Shown here in pieces: positions 47,743-61,700 of a stretch of 64,000 bases of DNA. The stretch spans positions 39,618,001-39,682,000 of the forward strand of contig NC_135821.1 of assembly GCF_964213995.1 (NCBI RefSeq). The letters are read 5' to 3'. The position numbers and the translations under genes are program-made. This DNA comes from Mustelus asterias. Lineage: Eukaryota. The notes beneath the pieces are model-generated. The model was given only the letters and a program-made list of their open reading frames with translations. It had not been told where the DNA came from and did not search any database. Numbering within the stretch: the first letter of the stretch is position 1; every line of letters starts with the position of its first letter.

Positions 47743-48148
47743 AGATGAGGGGTTTGTCGTATGAAGAGTGATTGAACAGTTTAGGCCTATACTCTCTAGA
47801 ATTTAGAAGATTGAGGGGAGATCAAATTGAGGTATTCAAGGTGATAAAAGGTATGGATAAATTAGATGTGCAGTGGATGCTTCCTCTTGTGGGGCATTCT
47901 AGGATGAGAGTTGTAGTCTTAGGATAAGGGGTAGCAAATTTAAAGCAGAGTTGAGGAGAAACTACTTCTCCCAAAGGGTTGTGAATCTGTGGAATTCACT
48001 ACCTCAAAGTGCCGTTGGATGCTGGGACAGTGAGCACATTAAAGAAGGAGTTAGATTTTTAATTGGTAATGGGTTGAAATGTTATGGGGGGGGGGGAAGG
48101 AAAATGGGGATGAAGAGCATATCAGCCATGATCGAATGGTGGAGCAGA
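47743..48148 (+). mobile_element. CR1 3' end
   Basis: RRNYFSQRVVNLWNSLPQ. Confidence 0.85.
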
Positions 48149-48149
48149 C

Positions 48150-50480
48150 TGCTTTGTCCTGGATGGTGTCGAGCTTCTTCAGTGTTGTCGGAGTTGCACA
48201 CATCCAGGCAAGTGGAGATTATTCCATCATACTCCTGACTTGTGCCTTGTAGATGGTGAACAGGTTTTGGGGAGTCAGGAAGTGAGTTACACTCTGCAGG
48301 TTTCCTAGCCTCTGACCTACTCTTGTAGCCACAGTATTTATATGTCCAGTTCAGTTCTTAGTTAATGGTAACCCCTAGGATGTAAATAATGAGGTATCCA
48401 GCAATGGTAATGGCATTGATTGTCATGGGAAGATGGTTGGATTTTTTCTTGTTGGAAATGGTCATTGCCTGGCACTATTTGGCATGAATGTTACTTACCA
48501 GTTATCAGCCAAAGCCTGAATGTTGTCCATGTCTTGCTGCATGTGGGCACGCACTGCTTCACTGTCTGAGGAGTCATGAATGGTGCTGAACATTGTGCAG
48601 TCATCAGCAAACATCCCACTTCTGACTTTATGGTGGAAGGCAGGTCATTGATGAAGCAGCCTAGAACTCTACCCTGAGGAACTCCTGCTGTGATGTCCTG
48701 GAACTGAGAGTAGACTGAAATTGACTGGGTCGGATTTAACCTGTATTTTCTGTATGGGTACTTTTCCACATTGGCAGGGAGATGCCAGTCTTGTAGCTAT
48801 ACTGGAACAGCTTCGCTAGGACGTGCGGCAAGTTGTGGAGCAATAGTCTTCAGTACTATTGCCGGAATAGAGACAGGCCTCATAGGCTTTATAGTATCCC
48901 AGTGCCTTCAGCCGTTTCTTGATATCACATGGACTGAATTGAATTGGCTGAAGACTGACATTTGTGATGCTGGAGACCTCCGGGGAAGAGCAAGATGGAT
49001 CATCCACTCAGCAATTCTGGCTGAAAATTGTTGCAAATCTTTGAGCCTTATCTTTTGCACTGCTGTGCTGTGGTTTTCCCATCATTGAGGAAGTGGGTAT
49101 CTGTGGAGCTTCTTCCTTCAATGGCTGGTTTAATTGTCCACCACCATTCATGGCTGGATGTGGCAGGACTGTAGGGCTTAGATCTGATCTGTTGATTGTG
49201 GGATCGCTTAGCTCTGTCCATCACTTGCTGTTTCTGCTGTTTGGCACACAAGTAGTCCTGTTTTGTAGGCAATGGCCTAGTGGTATTATCGCTAGACTAT
49301 TAATGTAGAAACCCAACTAATGTTCTGGGGATCCGGGTTCGAATCCTGCCATGGCAGATGGTGGAATTTGAATTCAATAAAAAATATCTGGAACTAAGAA
49401 TCTACTGATGACCGTGAAACCATTGTCGATTGTTGGAAAAACCAGTCTGGTCACTAATATCCTTTAGGGAAGGAAAACTGTCATCCTTAACTGGTCTTGC
49501 CTACAAGTGACTCGAGAGCCATAGCAATGAGGTTGACTCTCAATTCCCCTCTGAACAAAGGCAACTAAGAATGGGCAATAAATGCTTGCCACCAGTGATG
49601 CCCATGTCCCATGAATGAACTAAAAAAAAAGCTTTACCAGTCTGACACCTCACTTTCAGATATGCCTGGTGTTGCTCCTGGCTTGCCCTCCCGCACTCTT
49701 TATTGAACCAGGACTGATCACCTGGCATGGTGGTAATGGCAGATTGGGGGAAATGCCGGGCCATGAGTTTATAGGTTGTGGTTGAGTACAATTCTGCTGC
49801 TGCTGGTGGTCCACAGTGCCTCATGGACGTTCAGCTTTGAGTTGCTAGATCTGTTCAAAGTCTATCCCATTTCATGCCACACAACACGATGGAGGATATC
49901 TTCAAAGTGAAGACGGGACTTTGTGATCACTCCCACTGAGACTGTCATGGACAGATGCACCTGTGATGGGTGGATAGGTGACCATGAGTAAAAGTAGGTT
50001 TTCTTGTTGCTTCCCTCACCACCTGCCACAGACCCAATCCAGCAGCTATGTCCCTTAGGATTTGCCAGCTTGGTCAGTAGTGGTGCTGCTGAGCCACACT
50101 TGGTTATAGACACTGAAACCCTCCACCCAGCACCCATTCTGCACCCTTGCTGCCCTCAGTGCTTCGTTCAAGTGGTGTTCCAGATGGAGGAGTACTGATT
50201 CATCAGCTGAGGCCTGGGCGTTAGTTGGTAATCAGAAGGAAGATTTCTTGCCGATGTTTGACTTGATGACACTTTATAGGGTCAATGTTGAGAACTTCTA
50301 GGGCAACTCCCTCACTGTACATCATTTGTACCCCCACCATGGCTGAGTCTTTGCTGTAAGTCGGTCCTGTTGGTGGGGACAGGGTGGTGACGGTGGTGAT
50401 GATTCTGTGAATATGACTATATGTCGGGCTGTTACTTGACTAGTCTGTTGGACAGCTCTCCCAATTTTGATGCAAGCCCC
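48150..50480 (-). mobile_element. Second CR1/L2-clade LINE family, decayed APE + RT, interrupted by SINE-B (49268-49632)
   Basis: QDITAGVPQG, CFINDLPSTIKSEVG, SLQPIQFSPCDIKKRLKAL, SSHEWWWTIK, PGDQSWFNKECGRASQEQHQAYLK, LHFEDILHRVVWH. Confidence 0.8.
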
Positions 50481-50884
50481 CAGATGTTACTGATGCGGGA
50501 AGCAAAGGGATAACACGATGACTATGAAGCAGTTTCACTGTTTTTTTCCATTACCCTTAGCTTTCACACCTGGTCGGTTTTTCGAGCTGTGTTTTGCTAA
50601 AGATTAAGTCACTATAGCTGATTAGCCCAAGCTGTTTTCTGTTTTTACAATTTGTACAGTTCTACTCGCCTGCTCGTCTGTGGGAATATGGGAGGAGGTG
50701 CTTAGCAGGGCCATATAAAGGCCGTGAGCAGACAAAATAGGCTTGAGCATGTAGCCAGCTGAAGCTATATTGTGTATAAATGCATGTCAGTATAATCAGA
50801 ATCTGATTCAGCTGGACTGCATTGATGTTAATACTCCATGAGTCTCCTTTCTGTCTGTCTGTTTCATTACAACCTTTCAGTATC

Positions 50885-51178
50885 CCTGCAGTGCAGAAGG
50901 AGGCTATTCAGCCCATCGCATCTGCAGTGACAACAATCCCTGTAACCCCATGTATTTACCCCGCTATTCCCCTGACACTAAGGGGCAATTTATCATGGCC
51001 AATCAACCTAACCTATACAGCTTTGGACTGTGGGAGGAAACCGGAGCATCCGGAGGAAACCCACGCAGACTCGGAGAGAATGTGCAAACTCCACACGGAC
51101 AGTCACCCGAGTCCGGAATAGAACCCGGGTCCCTGATGCTGTGAGGCAGCAGTGCTAACCACTGTGCCACAGTGCCAT
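50885..51178 (-). mobile_element. HE1/V-SINE, CR1-type tail
   Basis: Full copy on minus strand. Confidence 0.9.
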
Positions 51179-51229
51179 CCATGTGCTCATGTATTCCCAT
51201 CTTTCATGTACTCATTTATTTTCTTTTCA

Positions 51230-53260
51230 CTGCATCTGAACTATTTGCCTTTACCACTTCATGTGATAGCGAGCTCTTAATCTATCCACTCTGAGTAAAG
51301 AAATACACTTATCTCCTTATCCCTTGTATTTATGACCCCAAATTTGAATTTTCTCACAAGTGGAAACATTCTCTTCGTATTGAGTTTGTCCAACTTCTGT
51401 ATGATTTTAATGACCTTTATCGGGTCACCTTGAGAAAAGCACAGACTTTTCACCATTTCCTGCGAGTTGTAAACTCTCAGTCCTGGCATTGTCCTTGTAA
51501 ATCTATTTTATGCTTCTCCAGTTATTCTACAGTATGTCCCTTTGACCGTATGGAGACTGGAGCTGTGCACATTGCCCTAGGGGTGGCCTGGCCACTGTCC
51601 TAAGCAAGTTTAACATCGAGTCATAGAGGTTTACAGCATGGAAACAGGCCCTTCGGCCCAACTTGTCCATGCCGCCCTTTTTTTAAAACCCCAAAGCTAG
51701 TCCCAGTTGCCTACATTTGGCCCATATCCCTCTATACCCATCTTACCCATGTAACTTTCTAAATGTTTTTTAAAAGACAAAATTGTACTGCCTCTACTAC
51801 TACCTCTGGCAGCTTGTTCCAGGCACTCACCATCCTCTGTGTGAAAAAATTGTCCCTCTGGACACTTTTGTATCTCTCCCCTCTCACCTTAAACCTATAC
51901 CCTCTAGTTTTAGACTCCCCTACCTTTGGGAAAAGATATTGACTATCAAGCTGGTCTGTGCCCCTCATTATTTTATAGACCTCTTTAAGATGACCCCTCA
52001 GCCTTCTACGCTCCCAGTCTATCCAGCCTCTTCTTATAACTCAAACCATCAAGTCACGGTAGCATCCTAGTAATTCTTTTCTGCACTCTTTCTAGTTTAA
52101 TAATATCCTTTCTATAATAGGGTGACCAGAACTGTACGCAGTATTCCAAGTGTGGCCTTACCAATGTCTTGCAGAACTTCAACAAGATGTCCCAACTCCT
52201 GTATTCAATGTTCTGACCAATGAAACCAAGCATGCCGAATGCCTTCGTCACCACTCTGTCCACCTGTGACTCCACTTTCAAGGAGCTATGAACATGTACC
52301 CCTAGATCTCTTTGTTCTGTAACTCTCTCAACGCCCTACCATTAACTGAGTAAGTCCTGCCCTGGTTCAATCTACCAAAATGCATCACCTCGCATTTATC
52401 TAAATTAAGCTCCATCTGCCATTCATCAGCCCACTGGCCCAATTGATCAAGATCCCGTTGCAATCTGAGATAACTTTTTTCACTGTCCACTATGCCACCA
52501 ATCTTGGTGTCATCTGCAAACTTACTAACCATGCCTCCTAAATTCTCATCCTAATCATGACAAATAACAGTACACCCAGTACTGATCCCTGAGGCAACAA
52601 CCCTCTACAACCACCCCCTGGCTTCTGTCATCAAGCCAATTTTGTATCCATTTAGATACCGTGAGATCCCGTGAGATTTAACTTTATGCAACAACCTACC
52701 ATGTGGTACCTTGTCAAAGGCCTTGCTAAAGTCCATGTAGATAACATCAACTACACTGCCCTCATCTACCTTCTTGGTTACCCCTTCAAAAAACTCAACC
52801 AAAGTTTTGAGACATGATTTCACCACTTTAGAATTCAGTACCACCAAAAAATAAATTCCAATTTTTTGTCAACATTTATTATTGGTATGCTGATCTGCAA
52901 TGCTGCTTTCTATAACACCATATGATATAGAAGCAAAATTAGGCCATTTGGCCCATCGGGTCTGCTCCACCATTCAATCATGGCTAATATGATTCTCATC
53001 CCCATTCTCCTGCCTTGTCCCCATAACCCTTGATCTCCTTATTGATCAAGAACCTATCTATCTCTGTCTTAAAGACACTCAATGACCTAGCCTCCACAGC
53101 CCTCTGCGGCAATGAGTTCCACAGATTCACCACCTCATCTCAGTTTTAAAGAAGTGTTCCTTCACTCTGAGGTTGTGCCCTCGCGTTCTAATCTCTCCCA
53201 CTAGTGGAAACATCCTCTCCACGGCCACTCTACCTCGGCCTCTCAGTATTCTGTAAGTGA
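51230..53260 (-). mobile_element. Cluster of CR1 fragments (51230-51615 old; 51618-52830 RT to 3' end; 52925-53260 3' end)
   Basis: YMDFSKAFDKVPH, KFADDTK, LVRPHLEYCVQFWSP, NFFTQRMVSAWN. Confidence 0.9.
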
Positions 53261-53556
53261 GTATTCAATGAGTATTCCTCTATCACATTGTTCTTCTTCC
53301 CTATTTATTTTCTAAGGAGGACGTAATATTTCTTGCTGGATTACCTCACATTTATCTATGTTAAAGTGTATTTGCCTCTTTACTGCTCAGTGTGCAAGTT
53401 CTCTTCTTGTATTATGCAGCAGTCTTTCCCTGCAAATTTTGATGTTTTGACTTGTTCCTAACTTGAAATCATTGTCGATTATGAAGACCAGAGGGGATAA
53501 CACCCGAATCCAAACTGCTCCACTTTGCTTTCACTAGTCAGGCCTCTGTTGTGAGA

Positions 53557-53683
53557 GGGCGGGATTTTCCAGCCGTGTTCATCCCAATGCCGAAAAATAC
53601 CGCCCGGTGTCAATGGAACTTTGCATGGTCTGTGTCCCACCCGCTACGATTCCTGTGGCGGGCAGGATGGGAAAATTCCACCC
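53557..53683. mobile_element. Short TIR MITE
   Basis: GGGCGGGATTTTCC...GGAAAATTCCACCC. Confidence 0.75.
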
Positions 53684-53687
53684 TCTA

Positions 53688-53850
53688 TGTCAGAAGGTTG
53701 GTGATTCAAGAGCCCGTCCTAGACTTGAGCACGAAAACCTCACTCGTGTGCAGTACTGAGGGAGTGCTTCACTGCCAGAGGTGCTCTCTTTCAGGTGGGA
53801 TGTTAAATCGCTTGCCCCCTCGGGTGTACATAAAAAAATCCCATGTCAAT
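53688..53850 (+). mobile_element. Deu-domain SINE fragment
   Basis: GCAGTACTGAGGGAGTGCTTCACTGCCAGAGGTGC..TCTTTCAGGTGGGATGTTAAA..AAATCCCATG. Confidence 0.55.
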
Positions 53851-53927
53851 TGGTTCCAGCATTGATCATTAGGTCCAGTTGATCCCCCCTCCATGGAATG
53901 TCCTCTGCCAGTTCAGTGATATCCCTT

Positions 53928-55282
53928 ACATAAGAACATAAGAACTAGGAGCAGGAGTAGGCCCTCCAGCCTGCTCCGCCATTCAATAAGATCATGGCTG
54001 ATCTTTTTGTGGACTCAGCTCCACTTACGTGCCCACTCACCATAACCCTTAATTCCTTTACTGTTCAAAAATGTATCTATCCTTGCCTTAAAAACATTCA
54101 ATGAGGTAGCCTCAACTGTTTCACTGGGCAGAGAATTCCACAGATTTACAATCCTTTGTGTGAAGAAGTTCCTCCTCAACTCAGTCCTAAATCTGCTCCC
54201 CCTTATTTTGAGGCTATGCCCACTAGTTCAAGTTTCACCCGCCAGTGGAAACAGCTTCTCTGCTTCTATCTTATCTATTCCATTCATAATCTTATATGTT
54301 TCTATAAGATCTCCCCTCATTCTTCTAAATTCCAGTGAGTATAGCCCCAGTCTACTCAGTCTCTCCTCATAAGCCAACCCTCTCAACTCCGGAATCAACC
54401 GAGTGAATCTCCTCTGCACCCCCTCCAGTGCCAGTATATCCTTTCTCAAGTAAGGAGACCAAAACTGTACACAGTACAGGTCTGGCCTCACCAGCACCTT
54501 ATACAGCTGCAACATAACCTTGCTGTTTTTAAACTCCATCCCTCTAGCAATGAAGGACAAAATTCCATTTGCCTTCTTAATTACCTGCTGCACCTGCAAA
54601 CCAACTCCTTGAGATTCCTGCACAAGGACACCCAGGTCCCTCTGCACAGCAGCATGCTGCAATTTTTTACCATTTAAATAATAGTCCATTTTGCTGTTAT
54701 TCCTACCAAAATGGATGACCTCACATTTACCAACATTGTACGCCATCTACCAGACCTTCGCCCACTCACTTAGACTATCTATATCCCTTTGCAGACTTTC
54801 AGCGTCCTCTGCACACTTTGCTCTGCCACCCACCTTCGTGTCATCTGCGAATTTTGACACTACACTTGGTCCCCAACTCCAAATCATCTATGTAAATCGT
54901 AAGCAAGTGCGGTCCCAACACTGATTCCTGAGGCACACCACTAGTCACTGATTACTAACCAGGAAAACACCCATTTACCCCCACTCTTTGCTTTCTGTTA
55001 GTTAATCAATCCTCTATCCATGCTAATACATTACCCGTAACACCGTGCACCTTTATCTTATCTTTGGTGCGGCACCTTGTCAAATGCCTTCTGGGAATCC
55101 AGATATACCACATCCACAGGTTCCCCATTGTCCACTGCACATGTAACATTCTCAAAGAATTCCACCAAATTAGCCAAACATAACTTTCCCTTCATGAACC
55201 CATGCTGCGTCTTACCAATGGGACAATTTATATCCAGATGTCTCGCTATTTCTTCCTTGATGATAGATTCAAGCATTTTCCC
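53928..55282 (-). mobile_element. CR1 RT to 3' end
   Basis: TQHGFMKGKLCLANL, KAFDKVPH, YCVQFWSPYLRKD, (CATAAGAA)n tail. Confidence 0.95.
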
Positions 55283-56735
55283 TGGCAGGTACTGAGTTCC
55301 AGACCTTAATTTGTATGTACAAAAAATATACTCATTTCTTCGCTACTTCTTTTGCCAATTATTGTAATCTGTGACCTTTGGTTACTGACTATTTCTCCCT
55401 ACCTTCTTTATCAAAACTCTTCATTATCTTGAATGCTTCTCTATGTCTCTCCTTAACCTTCTCCACTTTCATGGGAATAGTCCCAGATTATCCAATCTCC
55501 CTGTATAGCTGAAGCACTTCATTACTGGTATTATCCTGTTAAGCTTTTCCATGTCTTTACATTCTCCCTGAAATGTGGTGGCCAGAATGGTACACGTTAC
55601 ACCCCCTGAGGCCTTACCAGTGGTTTGTAGTTTAATGGCGTCTTTGTTTTTGTATTCATTGTCCCTATTTATAAAGCTGAGCATCCCGTATGCTTTATTA
55701 ACCCTTTGATCAACTTGCATTGCCTCCTTCAAAGATTTTGTAAATAAGAACCCCCAGGTCCCTGTGCTCTTCCGTCTCCTCCCTCAAGATAATAATACCA
55801 TCTTGTTCCTCCCAAATTACATCACGTCACACTTATTCTCATTAACTTGGATCTGCCATGTGTCTGTCTGTCCAAACCTATGTAGTCAGAGAATCATAGA
55901 GTGGTTACAGCACAGAGATTTGGCTTGCGGTGTCTGTGCTAACCCTCTACAGAACTCAACTAGTTCCACTTTTGCAGCCTTTACCAGTAACTCTACAAAT
56001 TTTCCCTCTTTGTATGCTTATCCAATTCCCTTTTCATCGATCATAGAATCCCTACAGCGCAAAAGGAGTCTGCACAACCACAATCCCACCCAGGCCCGAT
56101 CCCCATAACCCCATGCATTCACCCTAGCTAGTTCCCCTGACACTAAGGGGCAATTTAGTATTGCCAATCCACTTAACTGGCACATCTTTCGGAGTGTGGG
56201 AGGAAACTGGAGCACCCGGAAGAAACCCATGCAGACACGGGGAAAACTTGCAGACTCCAGACAGACAGTGGCCCAAGCCAGGAATTGAACCCGGGTCCCT
56301 GGCACTGTGAGGCAGCAGTGCTAATCACTGTGCCACCGTATCGTGAAGGCCATGATTGAATCTTCCTCCATCAACATCTCAGTCAATGTTCCAGATCCTA
56401 ACCACTTGCTGTGTAGAAAAGTTCCTCCTCTAATTACCTTTGGTTCTTTTACCATTCACTTTAAATTTGTGTCCTTTGATTCCTTCCATTAATGGGAACA
56501 ATTCCTTGCCATGTATGTTGTTTAGACCACGTGATTTTGAACACTTCCGTCCAATTGCCTATTGACCTCCCTTTCACTAAGACAAAAAGCTCCAGTTTCT
56601 CCAATCCATCCACAGAACTGAAGTGCCTCATCCATCGCACCATTCTCTTTTCAGCACCCTCACACCCTTCCAATGTCCAGAATTGGATGCTAATTGGAGA
56701 CTAAGTCAATGCTTTCTGAAGGCTCATTGTAACTT

Positions 56736-56970
56736 AAATAAAAGCAAAATACTGCGGATCCTGAAATCTGAAACAAAAGTAGAAAATCTCAGCAGGTCTG
56801 ACAGCATCTGTGGAGAGAGAAAAGAGCCAACGTTTCCAGTCTGGATGACCCTTTGTCAGAGCTGCTGACCCTGCTCTGACGAAGGGTGATCCTGACCCAA
56901 AAGATTGGCTCAATTCTCTCTCCATAGATCCTGTTAGACCTGCTGAGTTTTTCCAGCATGTTCTATTTTG
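56736..56970. mobile_element. Inverted pair of hammerhead-bearing family-2 units
   Basis: Left arm 56736-56862 (minus): CTGACAA-AGGGTCATCCAGACTG-GAAA-CG-TT-GGC. Right arm 56873-56970 (plus): CTGACGA-AGGGTGATCCTGACCC-AAAA. 10-nt spacer between them. Confidence 0.8.
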
Positions 56971-57754
56971 GCTACTATAACTCCTTTGTTTTGTCTTCTA
57001 TTTATAAAGCCAGAAACCTGCATGTATTGTTGATAACTTTCTCAACCCGCTTACCCACCTTCAATGATTTTGTTCACCTATACCCAGCCTGGGTCTCTCT
57101 GTCCCTGCACCCTGTTTTAGAACTACACTTTTTAAATGAGATTGCCTTTCATTATTCTTCCCATCAAAATGTATCACTTCACATTTCTCTGCCGTAAATT
57201 TCAGCTGCCGCATGTCCACCCACTCCACCAGCCTGTCAGCATCCTCATCAAATCTCTCCCTATTCTCCCCACAGTTCACAACACTTCCAAGTTCCACGCC
57301 ATCTGCAAATTTTGAAAATAAGCCCCGCACACTGGAGGCCCAGTCATTAACATAGATCAAGGAAAGCAGTAATCCTAACACTGACACTTGGGAAACGCCA
57401 CTGCAATCCGATAAACCACCGCAATCCTTTTCCTGTCACTCAACTAACTTTGTACCCATTCTGCCACTGTCTTTTTCATTTTCTGGATTTTAGCTTTGCT
57501 GGAAAAGCTATTATATAGCAGTTTGCCAAATCTGCTTGAAGTCTGCTACTGTCTTCCTCATTATTTGTTACGTTGCTTAGTTTTGTATAATCCACATTAT
57601 ATTCCCTACATCCAAGTCTAGCTCATTTACATAAAATGAGTAAAACAATAATCCTGATATTGAGGCACCACTCTGCACACTTCTCTCCGGTCAAAATAAT
57701 ATCCATTCAGCACTCCCCTCTGTTTCCTCTCCCTTAATCAGTTAGCTACCCAAG

Positions 57755-57987
57755 TGTAACAACTTTAATCAGGCAATTGAGGTCAGCTTACTTGAATATC
57801 AACTCCCTGATTAAGGGCCAAATTGATAGTCCAATCACGGACCATGCTCTGTACTTAAACCGGAGTGTCAGTTCCTCTGGCACCCCGGATGTCGACTACG
57901 TACTGAGAGCACTCTGTACAGTGTTGTTGGATCTTGTAAATAAAGGAATTTTGGTGAAGGGACTTCCACCTCCAAGGAATTATTACA
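57755..57987 (+). mobile_element. Solo LTR (233 bp)
   Basis: TGTAA...TTACA termini, 5-bp TSD CCAAG (57750-57754 / 57988-57992), CCAAT and AATAAA (~57939). Confidence 0.85.
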
Positions 57988-58232
57988 CCAAGTTAGCACC
58001 ATCTCTTTATTTCCCTGGGCTAATCATTTCCCGATCAAGTCTGTCAAGCGATACTATCTCAAATACCCTGTGACTACCCATTTACTGCATTGTCCTCATC
58101 ACCCATTTCTGTTCCTTTATCAAAGAACTCTACCATAGCCACAACTGATCTGCTGTTAACAAACCCTTGCTGACAGTCTTTTATCAATCCATCCTTCTTT
58201 GAGTGAGAAATAATTTTGTCTTTGATAATGTT

Positions 58233-58368
58233 GGGTGGAATTTTCCGGCCATTCACACCGGTGGGATTTTCCAATCCCGCTGCAGTGAACGGAGATTTGG
58301 CTGAGCACCAAATTCTCCATCCTTGCTTGCCGCAGTGGCGGGGCGTGAATGGCTGGAAAATTCCAGCC
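58233..58368. mobile_element. Short TIR MITE
   Basis: 24-bp imperfect TIR GGGTGGAATTTTCCGGCCATTCAC / GTGAATGGCTGGAAAATTCCAGCC, flanks GTT/ATT. Confidence 0.8.
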
Positions 58369-58754
58369 ATTCCCTCATAATTTTCCTGCCGCTGGCACGA
58401 GACTGTTGTTGGAGTGGCTAACCAGTGGTTACCAGGTTTATTTCTCCTTTGTTTTTGATTATCCTTTGCAATCTTCCAGTCTTGGACACTACTCGCCCAT
58501 AGAAATGTAGAAGATAAGAGCAGGAGGAGGCCATTTGGCCCTTCGAGCCTGCTCCACCATTCATTACGATCATGGCTGATCATCCAACTCAATAGCCTAA
58601 TCCTGCTTTCTCCCCATAACCTTTGATCCCATTCCCCCCAAGTGCTATATCCAGCCGCCTCTTGAATACATTCAATATTATCATCCAGAAAAAAAATTGA
58701 GAGATTCTGATTATAGCTGTTATTTCACCACAGTTTCCCTTATCAACCTAGATA

Positions 58755-61700
58755 CATAAGAACATAAGAACATAAGAAATAGGAGCAGGAGTAGGCCATC
58801 TGGCCCTTCGAGCCTGCCCCGCCATTCAACAAGATCATGGCTGATCTGAAGCGAATCAGTTCCACTTACCCGCCTGCTCCCCATAACTCCTAATTCCCTT
58901 ATCGATCAGAAAACTATCTACCCGTGATTTAAACATATTCAACGAGGAAGCCTCCACCACTTCAATGGGCAGAGAATTCCAGAGATTCACTACCCTCTGA
59001 GAGAAGAAGTTCCCCCTCAACTCTGTTCTGAACCGGCCCCCCCTTATTTTGAGGCTGTGCCCTCTAGTTCTGGTTTCCCTTCTAAGTGGAAACAATCTCT
59101 CCACCTCTACCCTATCCAGCCCCTTCATTATCTTATATGTCTCTATAAGATCACCCCTCTTCCTTCTAAACTCCAATGAGTACAGACCCAATCTGTTTAA
59201 TCTCTCCTCATAAGCTACACCCCTCATCTCCGGTATCAACCTGGTGAACCTTCTCTGCACTCCCTCCAAGGCCAATATATCCTTTCGCAAATAAGGGGAC
59301 CAAAACTGCACACAGTACTCCAGTTGCAGCCTCACCAGTGCCTTGTACAGTTGCAGCAAGACCTCCCTGCTTTTATATTCTATCCCCCTCGCGATAAAGG
59401 CCAACATTCCATTCGCCTTCTTGATCACCTGCTGCACCTGCAGACTGAGTTTTTGCGATTCGTGCACAAGGACCCCCAGGTCCCTCTGCACAGTCGCACG
59501 ATGTAATTTTTCTCCATTTAAATAATATTCCAATTTACTATTATTTCTTCCAAAGTGGATAACCTCACATTTGCTAACGTTATATTCCATCTGCCAGATC
59601 CTCGCCCACTTGCTCAGCCTATCCAAATCTCTCTGCAGACTTTCCGCGTCCTCCACGCAATTCGCTTTCCCACTCACCTTCGTGTCATCAGCAAACTTGA
59701 ATACCCTAGATTCAGTCCCCTCCTCCAGATCATCTATGTAAATGGTAAACAATTGAGGCCCCAGCACCGATCCCTGCGGCACGTCACTGGTCACCAACTG
59801 CCAACCAGAAAAGCACCCATTTATCCCAACTCCCTGCTTCCTGTTAGATAGCCAATCCCCAATCCACGCCAACACCTTACCCCTAACTCCGTGTGCCCCA
59901 ATCTTCTGCAGCAACCTTTTGTGAGGCACCTTATCGAACACCTTCTGGAAATCTAAAAACACCACCGGTTCCCCTCTGTCAACCGCACTAGTGACATCTT
60001 CATAAAAGTCCAGTAGATTCGTCAAACACGACTTTCCCTTCATGAATCCATGCTGCGTCTGCTTGATCGAACCATTCTTATTCAGGTACTCTGTTATTTC
60101 CTCTTTAATAATGGACTCTAGCATCTTCCCAACTACGGACGTTAAGCTAACCGGCCTGTAGTTACCCGCCTTTTGTCTACTTCCTTTTTTAAACAGTGGC
60201 GTAACAGTAGCTGTTTTCCAGTCAGCCGGCACTACCCCAGAGTCCAGCGAATTTTGATAAATTACTCCTAACGCATCTGCTATTACCTCAGCCATTTCTT
60301 TCAGTACCCTGGGATGCATTCCATCCGGGCCCGGGGACTTGTCTACCTTCAGTCCTATTAGTCTACCAAGCACCACCTCCTTAGTAACAGTAATTGTATT
60401 AAGGACCTCCCCTCCCACCAACTCTCAATCTCTAATATTCGGCAAACTATTTGTGTCTTCCACCGTGAAGACCGACACAAAGAACTTATTTAAAGTCTCA
60501 GCCATTTCCTTGTTTTCCACTATTAAATCCCCCCTCTCATCTTCCAAGGGTCCAACATTCACTCGAGCCACTCTATTCCTTTTTATATACTTGTAAAAAC
60601 TTTTACTATCATTTTTTATATTTTGAGCTAGTTTAGTTTCATAATCTATCTTTCCTTTCTTAATCGCTTTCTTAGTCGTTCTTTGTTTTTCTTTAAAGCT
60701 TTCCCAATCCACTAATTCTCCACTATTTTTGGCCACTCTGTACACATCTGATTTTATTTTAATACTCTCCTTTATTTCCTTCGTTATCCACGTCCGGTTA
60801 TCCTTTTTCTTACAGTCCTTCTTTATCACCGGAATATATTTTTGCTGAGTACTTTAAAAAATCTCCTTAAAAATCCTCCACTGTTCCTCAGCTGTCCTAC
60901 CTACCAGTCTGCTCGCCCAGTCTACATTAGCCAATTCCACCCTCATCCTATCGTACTCCCCTCTGTTCAAGCAGAGGACACTGGTTTGGGACCCTACTTT
61001 CTCACCCTCCATCTGTATCAGAAATTCCACCATATTATGATCACTCATCCCAAGAGGATCCTTCACAAGAAGATCCTTAATCCTACCTGTCTCATTGCAC
61101 AGAACCAGATCCAAGATAGCTCGCTCTCTCGTAGGTTCTGTAACATACTGTTCAATGAAACAATCCCGACAGCATTCCAAGAACTCTTCTTCAAGCCCTC
61201 CACGTCCAATTTGAGTCGACCAATCAATATGTAGGTTAAAATCCCCCATGATTATTGCCGTTCCACTTTTGCACGCATCCATTATTTGCTTGTTTATAGC
61301 CCTCCCCACCTCTAAGTTATTATTTGGGGGCCTATAGACCACGCCTACCAGTGTCTTTCTCCCCCTACTATTCCTTATCTCCATCCACAACGATTCCACG
61401 TTTTGCTCCTTAGAGCCTATGTCGTCTCTCACTACCATCCTGATATTATCCTTTATTAACAAAGCTACCCCACCTCCTTTTTCTACCTGTCTATCCTTCC
61501 TAAATGCCTGATAACCCTGTATATTCAGTTCCCAGTCCCGGTCACCCTGCAACCACGTTTCTGTGATGGACACTAGATCATATTCATTTGTATGGATTTG
61601 TGCCATCAACTCATTTACTTTGTTTCGAATGCTTCGTGCATTCAGGCAAAATGTCTTTATGCCAGCCTTTATCTGGACCCGGTTTGTTGAAGCGCTACTA

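Larger units (their letters stand above)
55290..58500 (-). mobile_element. Older fragmented CR1 sequence hosting HE1 (56040-56338), hammerhead pair, solo LTR and MITE insertions
   Basis: KAYGMLSFINR, SKFADGVELG, KCEVIHF, QQGFVNSRS fragments. Confidence 0.7.
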
